Notes under the pieces: model-generated
The model's input: only the letters and a program-made list of their open reading frames with translations
Database searches by the model: none
What the model was told of the DNA's origin: nothing
Shown: positions 14,719 to 23,027 of the stretch, piece after piece
Numbering within the stretch: position 1 is the stretch's first letter
Layout: each line of letters opens with the position of its first letter
Position numbers and translations under genes: made by a program
Assembly: GCA_041660745.1 (NCBI GenBank)
Contig: JBAZVT010000004.1
Span: 1 to 40,860 of the forward strand
Direction: 5' to 3'
DNA: 40,860 nt
From: Minisyncoccota bacterium
Lineage (GTDB): Bacteria > Patescibacteriota > Minisyncoccia > Phycocordibacterales > JBAZVT01

Positions 14719-14782
14719 CGGGGAATCGAACCCCGATTACAGCCTTGAAAAGGCCGTGTCCTAACCGTTAGACGATGAGGCC
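14711..14782 (-). tRNA. tRNA-Glu (anticodon UUC), no encoded CCA
   Basis: Manual cloverleaf on the - strand: ggcctca/tgaggtc acceptor (one G.U), cggcc-ttTTCaa-ggctg anticodon arm, cgggg-ttcgatt-ccccg T arm. 72 nt. Close to the E. coli tRNA-Glu layout. Confidence 0.9.
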
Positions 14783-14900
14783 AGAATAATTTACATTCGG
14801 ATGACTACTTTATCAGATAAAGTTGTTTAACCGAAACTAACTGCAATACTATAGCATTTTTTGTAAAAAACGCAAAAAAATGTTAACATTCGGGCTTAAT

Positions 14901-14987
14901 GGAGGATTGGCTGAGCGGTTGAAGGCACCGCACTCGAAACGCGGCAAGGGCGAAAGTCCTTCGGGAGTTCAAATCTCCCATCCTCCG
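14901..14987 (+). tRNA. tRNA-Ser (anticodon CGA), type II with long variable arm, no encoded CCA
   Basis: ggaggat/atcctcc acceptor, tggctgagcggttgaaggc D arm typical of tRNA-Ser, anticodon loop ctCGAaa (A31.C39 mismatch), variable arm agggcgaaagtccttc, gggag-ttcaaat-ctccc T arm. Confidence 0.88.
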
Positions 14988-15012
14988 CAGGAATTTAAAA
15001 CGAAGTTTTAAA

Positions 15013-15128
15013 GGGAGATTTGAAGACCTTGAGTATATCGCACGGACGATTGAGCACTATCGTGGCTTGGCCTCGGAGCGAGTAGGATACGAAAGGTGTA
15101 CAGAAACTGTAAGTTTCAAATCCCACCA
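15013..15128 (+). ncRNA. Candidate structured RNA module in the tRNA-Ser trailer / tsaD leader (anti-T / T-prime closed)
   Basis: gggagatttgaa (15013-15024) is the reverse complement of the tRNA-Ser T-loop plus 3' T-stem (14968-14979). ttcaaatccc (15115-15124) is a degenerate direct copy that can pair back. Small hairpins (acgat/atcgt, ctcg/cgag, taca/tgta) lie in between. Confidence 0.35.
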
Positions 15129-15150
15129 AATAATGAATTGATAAAATATT

Positions 15151-16374
15151 ATGATTATCTTGAGCATAGAGACATCTTGCGATGAAACCGCGGTAAGTAT
15201 TATAGAAGCTACGGGTGATCAAAACGCACCAGCTTTTACTGTACTTGGAAATGCTCTCTATTCTCAAATAGAACTCCACAAAGAATTCGGCGGTGTCTTC
15301 CCTGCAATGGCACGCCGAGAACATGCCCGAACACTTGTTCCCCTTTTTGTTGCAGCACTGAAAGAAGCCGGTCTATATAAAGAACGAGAATCAACATATA
15401 CCATTCCTCCAAATATTGAATCTTCCATCCGAATGACCATGGAAAAAGAACCTGTCATGGCGGAAGCATTTCTCGCACTTATTTCTAAACTAGAGAAACC
15501 CGCAATAGATGCAATTGCAGTAACTCAAGGACCGGGATTAGAGCCAGCACTCTGGGTTGGTATCACCTTCGCCAAGGCCCTTAATACGCTCTGGGGCATC
15601 TCTGTTATCCCCACAAATCACATGGAGGGTCACATCGTATCAGTGCTCACAGAGGGCAAAAATGGCCTAAAATCAATCCAATTCCCTGCTATTGCCCTTC
15701 TCATCTCCGGAGGTCACACGGAGCTTGTGTGCGTAAAGGGGTGGGGTGAATACGAGGTTGTAGGTTCTACCAGAGATGATGCCGTCGGCGAAGCTTTCGA
15801 CAAAGTCGCTCGTATGCTTGGACTCCCATATCCTGGCGGTCCTGAGATTTCCAAACTCGCACACGAAGAGCGTACGGCTTTCCCAATCTCTCGTCTCCCC
15901 GAACTCATTCCACAAACAATAGAAGAAAGCCCCTACGGTGCAATGATAACCAAACTTCCCCGTCCCATGATCCATTCTGCTGATTTAGATTTTTCCTTCT
16001 CTGGAATAAAAACGTCAGTGTTGTATATGATCAAAAAACTTCCAGAACTCACGCCTGATTTAAAAAAGGCAATCGCCCGAGAGTTTGAAGATGCTGTAAG
16101 TGAAGTACTTACAGGGAAAACTCGCCGAGCAGTAGAACAATATGGAGCCGAGACAATAATTGTTGGCGGAGGTGTCAGTGCAAACACGCTCATCTGTGAC
16201 TCAATAAAAAACTTACAGAAAGAATTTGAAGGACTTGAGGTTCGAGTTCCAACACGCAACCTCTCCACAGACAACGCCGTAATGATTGCAATTGCAGGCT
16301 TCATGCGTATCCTCCGAGGCAACGAACACTCTGTAGATTTCAGAGCAAAAGGTACGATGGGAATTAAAGAGTAA
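15151..16374 (+). CDS. tsaD: tRNA N6-adenosine threonylcarbamoyltransferase TsaD (Kae1/Gcp family), with two insertions
   Basis: ILSIETSCDETAVS, HMEGHI metal site, LLISGGHTEL, DFSFSGIKT, VGGGVSAN. 407 aa, where typical TsaD is about 340 aa. Confidence 0.92.
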   Translation: MIILSIETSCDETAVSIIEATGDQNAPAFTVLGNALYSQIELHKEFGGVFPAMARREHARTLVPLFVAALKEAGLYKERESTYTIPPNIESSIRMTMEKEPVMAEAFLALISKLEKPAIDAIAVTQGPGLEPALWVGITFAKALNTLWGISVIPTNHMEGHIVSVLTEGKNGLKSIQFPAIALLISGGHTELVCVKGWGEYEVVGSTRDDAVGEAFDKVARMLGLPYPGGPEISKLAHEERTAFPISRLPELIPQTIEESPYGAMITKLPRPMIHSADLDFSFSGIKTSVLYMIKKLPELTPDLKKAIAREFEDAVSEVLTGKTRRAVEQYGAETIIVGGGVSANTLICDSIKNLQKEFEGLEVRVPTRNLSTDNAVMIAIAGFMRILRGNEHSVDFRAKGTMGIKE

Positions 16375-16386
16375 TTTATGATCCAA

Positions 16387-16418
16387 GAAAAAAGCGCGCC
16401 AAGGGGGCGCGCTTTTTT
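16387..16418. terminator. Bidirectional terminator between convergent tsaD and the surface-protein gene
   Basis: gcgcgcc (16394-16400) pairs with ggcgcgc (16406-16412), flanked by A7 and T6. Confidence 0.8.
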
Positions 16419-16435
16419 CTTTTTAATAATTATGT

Positions 16436-19400
16436 TTATTTATTTTCTTCTGCAGTCTCTTCTCTAATCTTCAACACGAGATACGTGATTGCAACCACAA
16501 GCCCAACAATGATAAGTGGCAACAAAATTGTTAAAAAGTTAAACAATATAGCGAGAACAATGGCAATAGCAATTCCTGCCATGTAGAACATAATCCTACG
16601 GAAACGACGAGTCTTCTCATCGAGACCAACATAATTGGTTCGATCAATTACAAGAGTAATCACGTAGATAATAATGAGAATGATCAGGAGTATTGCAAGG
16701 GATCGTGCTCCAGCAGAAGGGGTTGCAGGTAAGGCAAACAAAGCAGCAGCAACGTTTCTAAAGTTCTGAGCAAAGAAGCTCGGAGTTGTTGAAGCTGTGG
16801 TGGTACTTATAGGCAAAATACCTATTTCACCATTGTTTATATCAATATTTTGCTCTTCTTCAGAAGGAACTGTTGGAATTTGTCCTTGAGTACCATTATT
16901 TTGTCCTTGAGGAACTGCGATACCTTGAGCTTTAAGTGAGTTCAAAAATGTCTTATATGCCGCGATTTCTCCCTCCTGTTGCACATTCAATGGAAAGGCC
17001 TTTTCGCAATATATCTCATTAACCTTTTTCTTGGTCAATATATAGACATACCCAGTACCTGTATTCCCATCGTAGCCCCATGGTTTAAGAATATCGTTTC
17101 TAAAGCCCTTTTGGAACTCCTTAACTGCGTCATATGTAACCTGGTCATAGAAACCAGTTACGGGAACATTTGTATATCCCATGAGATCGTGGAGGAATAT
17201 CTGTAATTTACGAACTTCTGTGGGATTGTTTTGTGCACCAAACTTAATGTATTCCAAAAGATAATTACATGTCACAGCAGTTGTTTGTGGAGCCAAGGTA
17301 AGCTCTTTGCCGAGCGCAGTTAAACTACCAGCTGTTGAATAGGGTTTGAAATAGTATGTTGAACCTGTTTTAAGGCCAAACACAAGCATTGAGTGGGTTG
17401 TAGAAGCAGCTGTCAATGTAACTGTTCCTGTTTCGTAACCAAAGTAAGGTGCTGACCCTTTTGTTGACTGAGAATTAAGTCCGTACACAACCTGTCGGGT
17501 TGCAGCACGGTTTGTTGTCCAACGAACAAGCGCGACTCCTGGGGCGAGCTCTTGAATTTGCTCGTTTGAAATCACCAATGATGCGCTGCCGCCACGGCCA
17601 CCGCCACCACCTCCATTACCACCAGATGTTACTGAAAAAGTAAGTGTCTTTGAGTCAATTCCGCAGGTTGAACTTGCTGCAATACCGATAGAATAGGTAC
17701 CCGCTTGCGTTGGTGTTCCCGAAATTACTCCTGTTGTACTTGCAAAAGATAATCCGGAAGGAAGTCCTGTTACAGAAAGTCCGAGGGTTGATGTTGAATT
17801 ATTTGTTGCAGTCAATGTGTATGAAAATGCAGTTCCAATCTTAATAGATGCCGAGAGACTACTTGTAATAACGGGAGTGGGACATGAAGAGATTGTTGTA
17901 ACAATCACCGTACGTGTCACGGGAATAGCTGTAGCACCCTGAGAATCTGTTACGTTATATGTGATTGTGTATGTCCCAACAGTCGTTGTGGCAACAGTAC
18001 TTGAGGCAATAATCTGTGATGTGATATCTCCATCTTCAGGGTCGGCAGCTGTAGCGCCTGGATCAGTAAAATTTGTTCCAACATTTATTGTCATCGGTGT
18101 CGTACCGAGAAGAGTTATAACTGGACGCTGGTTAGAACCGCCATTATTAACAACTGTTACGGTTCGAGTAACTGGATCTGCCGCAAGACCTTGAGAATCA
18201 GATACATTGTATGTAATTGTATATACTCCAAGAGTATTTGTTGCTACTGAACCCGTAACGACGATGTCCGATGTGATATTCCCATCTTCAAAGTCGAGAG
18301 CGGTAGCACCAAGATCGATAAAGTTTGATCCGACGGAAATAGTAGGTGCTGCAGAGCCAATTAATGTAATAACAGGCTTCTGGTTTGCAGCTGGTGATGC
18401 AGAAAATGTATTCAAAAGCACAAGAGTGCGATGGGTGGAACTAGCTGTGAGCGTTATTACGCCATCAGCATTATCAATGGTTTCATAAGGGAAAAAATTG
18501 GAAACCGAACTAACGGGTATAGTAAATTGATCGTTATATTTACCCGCTGCCCAAGAACTTCCAACAACAGTTTCTCTTGTGTAATTGTACTGACCAAGAG
18601 GAACAACAAAATCAACACAATCCGCATCATTCGTGCCAAGAATTATGGAACGATCTGGGGAAAAGGCTGAAGCAGTCAATGACCACTGGGCTGAAAATGC
18701 AGATGTATTAGCTGCGTTACTGAGACTAATTGAAAATGTACCTACAGGAAGACCTGTAGCACTCGTCTTCAAAACGTTATTTGAATCAGCAATCATCTTA
18801 CAAACAGATAATGTACCTGTGCCAGATGGAGTTGTTGTTGATCCATCTGTGGTTGCAGACGCTGAAGCCGATGCATCTACGTTTGAATTGGAACTCGAAC
18901 CAATACTTCCCCCCATAACAAAAGCTGTGGAAGAAGCTGAAGCGTCAGCTGATGCTGATGCAGATGCACTTCCTGCTGGCGAGGTTGTAGTCGCTTGCGC
19001 GAGAGCTGAAGCAAGAGCTTCTGCAGATGAATCTGCGAATGGTTCACCCGATGAGTTTATTCCTGCAGTACTTGCAGAATTTGCAGATGCATCCGCACTA
19101 GATGATCCAGACACAGTGGTTGGAATGGTTGTTGATGTAAGAGAAGCTTGCGCTGTTGAATTCGTATTGGCATTTGTTCCCGCGCCAGAAGCTACTGTCT
19201 GAGTACCAGTATCTATAGAACCAGAAGCATTACTATTAGCACCTGTTGAACCAGAAGCGGAGCCCGTTGCTGGAACACCGTCTCCAGAACCAGTAATAAC
19301 TACGGAAGATTGTGTGGAGCCATCAGAATTAGATGTTGATGTCGTAACTGTACCAGAACCTGTGTTTGAAGAATTATTAGAAGAAGAGGATGATGAGGAA

Positions 19401-19561
19401 GAAGATGAAGAAGAACTAACTACCGCAGCATACGCAGTGAGTACTGGAGATATATCGGCAGCAATAAAACCAAGAAGAAGAAGTGCAGAAACGGAAAAAG
19501 AGAGAAAATTATTTCCCCTGGAATATCGTCCTGTTTGAGTTTTGATTCTGAATAAATGCAT
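16436..19561 (-). CDS. Large secreted/cell-surface protein (1041 aa): signal peptide, Ser/Thr/Ala-rich region, tandem Ig-like domains, FN3-like domain, peptidoglycan-binding-like domain, C-terminal TM anchor
   Basis: N-terminal hydrophobic segment ending AYA. Poly-Ser run. Two ~78-aa repeats PVITL.G....I.VG..F.D.GATA.D.EDG.IT...........G.YTITYNV.DSQG......RTV.V. GLPSGLSF...GVISGTPTQAGTY Ig-like motif. G-rich linker. VRKLQIFL....GFYD..T..AVK.FQ PG-binding-like motif. Two C-terminal TM helices. Confidence 0.85.
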   Translation of the reverse strand: MHLFRIKTQTGRYSRGNNFLSFSVSALLLLGFIAADISPVLTAYAAVVSSSSSSSSSSSSSNNSSNTGSGTVTTSTSNSDGSTQSSVVITGSGDGVPATGSASGSTGANSNASGSIDTGTQTVASGAGTNANTNSTAQASLTSTTIPTTVSGSSSADASANSASTAGINSSGEPFADSSAEALASALAQATTTSPAGSASASASADASASSTAFVMGGSIGSSSNSNVDASASASATTDGSTTTPSGTGTLSVCKMIADSNNVLKTSATGLPVGTFSISLSNAANTSAFSAQWSLTASAFSPDRSIILGTNDADCVDFVVPLGQYNYTRETVVGSSWAAGKYNDQFTIPVSSVSNFFPYETIDNADGVITLTASSTHRTLVLLNTFSASPAANQKPVITLIGSAAPTISVGSNFIDLGATALDFEDGNITSDIVVTGSVATNTLGVYTITYNVSDSQGLAADPVTRTVTVVNNGGSNQRPVITLLGTTPMTINVGTNFTDPGATAADPEDGDITSQIIASSTVATTTVGTYTITYNVTDSQGATAIPVTRTVIVTTISSCPTPVITSSLSASIKIGTAFSYTLTATNNSTSTLGLSVTGLPSGLSFASTTGVISGTPTQAGTYSIGIAASSTCGIDSKTLTFSVTSGGNGGGGGGRGGSASLVISNEQIQELAPGVALVRWTTNRAATRQVVYGLNSQSTKGSAPYFGYETGTVTLTAASTTHSMLVFGLKTGSTYYFKPYSTAGSLTALGKELTLAPQTTAVTCNYLLEYIKFGAQNNPTEVRKLQIFLHDLMGYTNVPVTGFYDQVTYDAVKEFQKGFRNDILKPWGYDGNTGTGYVYILTKKKVNEIYCEKAFPLNVQQEGEIAAYKTFLNSLKAQGIAVPQGQNNGTQGQIPTVPSEEEQNIDINNGEIGILPISTTTASTTPSFFAQNFRNVAAALFALPATPSAGARSLAILLIILIIIYVITLVIDRTNYVGLDEKTRRFRRIMFYMAGIAIAIVLAILFNFLTILLPLIIVGLVVAITYLVLKIREETAEENK
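17897..18379 (-). repeat. Two tandem copies of an Ig-like (DUF5011/HYR-type) domain coding repeat
   Basis: aa 395-472 and 479-555 of the surface protein align without gaps over most of their length (hand alignment). Confidence 0.8.
18812..19429 (-). repeat. Low-complexity Ser/Thr/Ala/Gly-rich coding region, including a 13-residue Ser run
   Basis: aa 45-250 of the surface protein; it generates mirror acidic ORFs on the + strand. Confidence 0.85.
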
Positions 19562-19703
19562 ATGATAATTTATTATTTTGTTATATCCGCGGCCAAGACC
19601 ATTCCTTAGATGAACTCACACTACTCACATTTCAAACTTTGTCAAGGGTATTGCACATTTTCAAATTCTACATACCCCTATATTTTAAGCCATTTTATTA
19701 AAA

Positions 19704-19795
19704 TGTCCTTTATAAACTATAGATTGTCCTTTATAATTTTCACTTAAAGCATACCCTGCCTAATAAAAACGTTAATTATTTTAAAAGGACATTTT
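19704..19795. promoter_or_regulatory. Repeated motif in the 490-bp divergent intergenic region (possible operator)
   Basis: tgtcctttataa at 19704-19715 and 19725-19736 (21-bp spacing), plus an inverted half-site aaaaggacattttt at about 19783-19796. Confidence 0.3.
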
Positions 19796-20054
19796 TTTAC
19801 ATAGAAATTCTTATTCGCTTCTTCCACTAAGTAGGCCATCAGACACGACGACACTAAATCTGTGATTACAAAAAATCAAAAACATCTTTTGTATAATCAC
19901 TTACTTTTTACCTTAACCGACAATACAGGTCGAAGATGTTAACATCATGAAGAAATGAACTTTATTCATGAACAACATTTTATCAATACAGACAGAGAAA
20001 CATATGCAGATTAAATTCTCAAATTCATACAAGCTATGATATAGTTTACATATT

Positions 20055-22253
20055 ATGGACAAATTACTTAAACCCTATAATTCACAAGACACCGAAGACC
20101 GCATATACGCCTCTTGGGAACAAGGTGGTTTCTTCAACCCGGACGTGTGTATTCAAAAAGGATATACTGCTTCTGATGCAGATTATTTTTCTATAGTTCT
20201 CCCTCCCCCAAATGTCACCGGGACACTCCACATGGGTCATGCCGCAATGCTCGCAATAGAAGACATTGCCGTTCGCTATAACCGCATGTGCGGCAAACGC
20301 ACCCTCTGGCTTCCCGGCACTGATCACGCAGCTATTGCAACACAGTCAAAAGTTGAAACTATCCTCTATAAAGAAGAAGGTAAACGTAGACACGACCTCG
20401 GCAGAGAAGAACTTTTGAAGCGAGTTGAAAAGTTTGCGCAAGATAGCCACGACACCATCGTCAATCAAGTTCGAAAAATGGGGTCCTCTATAGATTGGTC
20501 CCGCGAGGCTTTTACCTTGGATGAAAAACGCAACCTCGCTGTCCGCACCGCCTTCAAGAAAATGTTTGATGACGGACTCATCTATCGAGGCTACCGAATC
20601 GTGAACTGGGACCCAAAAGGCCAGACGACTATCTCCGACGATGAAATTGTATATAAAGAATCTAAAACAACACTCTATACGTTCCGTTATTCAAAAGACT
20701 TCCCCATTGCAATATCCACAACTCGCCCCGAAACAAAAGTTGGGGACACAGGCGTCGCCGTAAACCCTTCAGACGAAAGATATAAGCATCTCATAGGAAA
20801 AGAATACGATATTACGTTTGCTGGTGTACCCATTCATGTAAAAATTGTTGCCGATGAAGCTGCAGATCCCGCTTTTGGAACTGGCGCTGTCGGTGTTACA
20901 CCTGCCCATAGTCAAATAGACTGGCAAATTGCACAGCGACACAAGCTTCCAATAGTTCCTGTTATAAATGAATATGCGAAAATGGCCGATAGCACAGGAA
21001 CACTTGCTGGGAAAAAAGTGACCGACGCACGTATAGAAATTGTAGAATGGCTTAAAAAAGAAGACCTCCTAGAGAAAGAGGAGGATGTTGCACATAACAT
21101 TGCCACGGCTGAACGCACTGGAGCAACAGTTGAACCACTACCAAAACTTCAGTGGTTCATTAATGTCAATAAAGAATTTACTCTTCCTTATTCCAATATC
21201 ACTGGGATAGCGAGTGGTTCGGTTACAACACTCAAAGAACTTATGCGAGCGGTTATTAATAATGGACAGATAAAGATTATCCCCGATCGTTTTGAAAAAA
21301 TATACTTCCAGTGGGTAGATAATCTGCGTGACTGGTGTATCAGCCGTCAGATATGGTACGGTCACAGAATCCCTGTTTGGTACAAAGGAGAAGAAATTTT
21401 CTGTGGAATGGAAGCCCCTACAGGCGAAGGCTGGGTACAAGATGAGGATACTTTGGATACATGGTTCTCGTCTGGGCTGTGGACATTTTCAACACTCGGC
21501 TGGCCTGATATGAACTCTGCTGATTTAAAAAACTTTCATCCAACGTCTCTCATGGAGACCGGGTACGATATTATATTCTTCTGGGTTGCTCGCATGGTCC
21601 TCATGACAACATATCTTCTCGGCGAGATTCCCTTCAAGACCGTATACCTACATGGCCTTGTTCGGGATGCCAAGGGTCAGAAAATGAGTAAGTCCCTCGG
21701 AAACCTTATAGACCCACTAGAAATGATAAAAAAATACGGCGCCGATGCCACCCGCATGTCCCTCATCATCGGCACAGGACCAGGCAACGATATGAAGCTA
21801 TCAGAAGATAAAGTTCGCGGATACAAAAACTTTGCCAACAAAATATGGAACGCAACCCGATTTGTCTTGGAAAATGTAAAGGACTGTGACTATAGCCAGA
21901 AACCAATTCTTACTGAAGGAGACGAAAAGGCTATCGCAGAATTTGAAATAACCCTCAAAGATGTAACGGCGGATATAGATAACTACAGATACTACCTAGC
22001 GGGGGAAAAACTCTACCATTATTTCTGGCACACCTTTGCAGATGTATATATCGAACAATCCAAATCTCGTCTCAGCGCAGATAAGAATAGTACAGACCAC
22101 ATCTCCGTCCAGTGGACATTGCTCTATATATTAGAAAACTGTATTCGCGCGTTACATCCTTTTATCCCCTTTGTCACCGAAGAACTCTGGGCAATGCTCC
22201 CCACACACAATAAGAAAATGTTGATTGTGGAGTCCTGGCCTGTTGTGAGATAA
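20055..22253 (+). CDS. valS: Valyl-tRNA synthetase (short form, no C-terminal coiled coil)
   Basis: PPPNVTGTLHMGHA (HIGH), TRPET, WCISRQ.WYGH, DTWFSS, KMSKSLGN. 732 aa. Confidence 0.96.
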   Translation: MDKLLKPYNSQDTEDRIYASWEQGGFFNPDVCIQKGYTASDADYFSIVLPPPNVTGTLHMGHAAMLAIEDIAVRYNRMCGKRTLWLPGTDHAAIATQSKVETILYKEEGKRRHDLGREELLKRVEKFAQDSHDTIVNQVRKMGSSIDWSREAFTLDEKRNLAVRTAFKKMFDDGLIYRGYRIVNWDPKGQTTISDDEIVYKESKTTLYTFRYSKDFPIAISTTRPETKVGDTGVAVNPSDERYKHLIGKEYDITFAGVPIHVKIVADEAADPAFGTGAVGVTPAHSQIDWQIAQRHKLPIVPVINEYAKMADSTGTLAGKKVTDARIEIVEWLKKEDLLEKEEDVAHNIATAERTGATVEPLPKLQWFINVNKEFTLPYSNITGIASGSVTTLKELMRAVINNGQIKIIPDRFEKIYFQWVDNLRDWCISRQIWYGHRIPVWYKGEEIFCGMEAPTGEGWVQDEDTLDTWFSSGLWTFSTLGWPDMNSADLKNFHPTSLMETGYDIIFFWVARMVLMTTYLLGEIPFKTVYLHGLVRDAKGQKMSKSLGNLIDPLEMIKKYGADATRMSLIIGTGPGNDMKLSEDKVRGYKNFANKIWNATRFVLENVKDCDYSQKPILTEGDEKAIAEFEITLKDVTADIDNYRYYLAGEKLYHYFWHTFADVYIEQSKSRLSADKNSTDHISVQWTLLYILENCIRALHPFIPFVTEELWAMLPTHNKKMLIVESWPVVR

Positions 22254-22296
22254 TATAAGGAGCATATTCACAATTACACTACGAGTATGCTCACCT

Positions 22297-23004
22297 ATGG
22301 ATTTCTTCAATTTCTCTACCATTACAATTAGTATTCTCAGCGGACTTTTGCCAGCGCTTGTATGGCTGTGGTTTTGGTTACGAGAAGATAGTGAACATCC
22401 CGAACCACGAAGGATAATTATTTTTACCTTTCTCGCCGGAGCCCTTGCGACATTGCTTGCCATCCCTTTAGAAAAAATGGTGATAGATACAACAATGGGA
22501 CTTAGTGTAGGAACCTTCCTCCTTGCAGGAATAGAAGAGGCACTCAAATTTTGTGCAGCGTACATTGTTGCGCTGACAAGTATTAATGACGACGAACCGA
22601 TTGACCCTGTGATTTACATGATTACAGCAGCGCTTGGTTTTGCTGCGCTTGAAAACATACTTTTCTTCGTCTCGTCACTCATGGAAAACCAAGGAATTCT
22701 ACAAAGCCTTATCACAATCAATATCCGCTTTGTCGGAGCAATGCTTCTCCATACGGCATCCTCAGCGGTTATTGGAGTGGCACTCGCCCTGACATTTTAC
22801 AAGCGCATGAGAATACGAATACCCGTCATTATAATAAGTCTTTGTGGAGCAATCATATTGCATGCTTTCTTTAATTTCTTTATAATTAAAGGACAAACAC
22901 ACGCATTTTTTACTTTCTTCGTTCTCTGGTGCGTAGCAATACTTCTCATGCTTATCTTTGAGAAAATTAAACATATTTTTTGGAATCGAGAACAAATACA
23001 ATAA
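22297..23004 (+). CDS. PrsW-family intramembrane metalloprotease-like protein
   Basis: Multi-TM. EEALKF, FAALENILF and LHTASSAVIG correspond to the PrsW EE..K / F...EN / H motifs. Confidence 0.7.
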   Translation: MDFFNFSTITISILSGLLPALVWLWFWLREDSEHPEPRRIIIFTFLAGALATLLAIPLEKMVIDTTMGLSVGTFLLAGIEEALKFCAAYIVALTSINDDEPIDPVIYMITAALGFAALENILFFVSSLMENQGILQSLITINIRFVGAMLLHTASSAVIGVALALTFYKRMRIRIPVIIISLCGAIILHAFFNFFIIKGQTHAFFTFFVLWCVAILLMLIFEKIKHIFWNREQIQ

Positions 23005-23027
23005 CCCTATCAATAATCAACAAATCT

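Noticed and set aside
14421-14771. 116-aa ORF on the + strand (also 14449-14667 and 14537-14719)
   Set aside because: It runs antisense through tRNA-Glu and its terminator and has no SD. The region is better explained as structured non-coding trailer.
10187-14782. Integrated mobile element or genomic island between tRNA-Val and tRNA-Glu
   Set aside because: There is no integrase, recombinase or transposase gene, and no long direct repeat of a tRNA 3' end at a distal boundary. The composition is mosaic, with the CYTH/DUF1653 genes host-like. Only compositional evidence for horizontal acquisition is retained.
15100-15135. Extra tRNA or tmRNA 3' end (gtttcaaatcccacca looks like a T-loop plus CCA)
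   Set aside because: No complementary 5' T-stem and no acceptor stem can be formed. It is interpreted as a degenerate copy of the tRNA-Ser 3' segment.
18633-19538. Acidic ORFs on the + strand (18633-19202 and 19314-19538, poly-Glu/Asp)
   Set aside because: They are mirror images of the Ser/Ala/Thr-rich low-complexity coding region of the surface protein on the - strand, and have no start-site signals.
19562-20054. Replication origin (long AT-rich gap, gyrB in the window) or T-box/leader-peptide control of valS
   Set aside because: No cluster of TTATCCACA-like DnaA boxes and no dnaA or dnaN nearby. No T-box consensus. The only upstream mini-ORF (19955-20014, 19 codons) has no Val codons and no SD.
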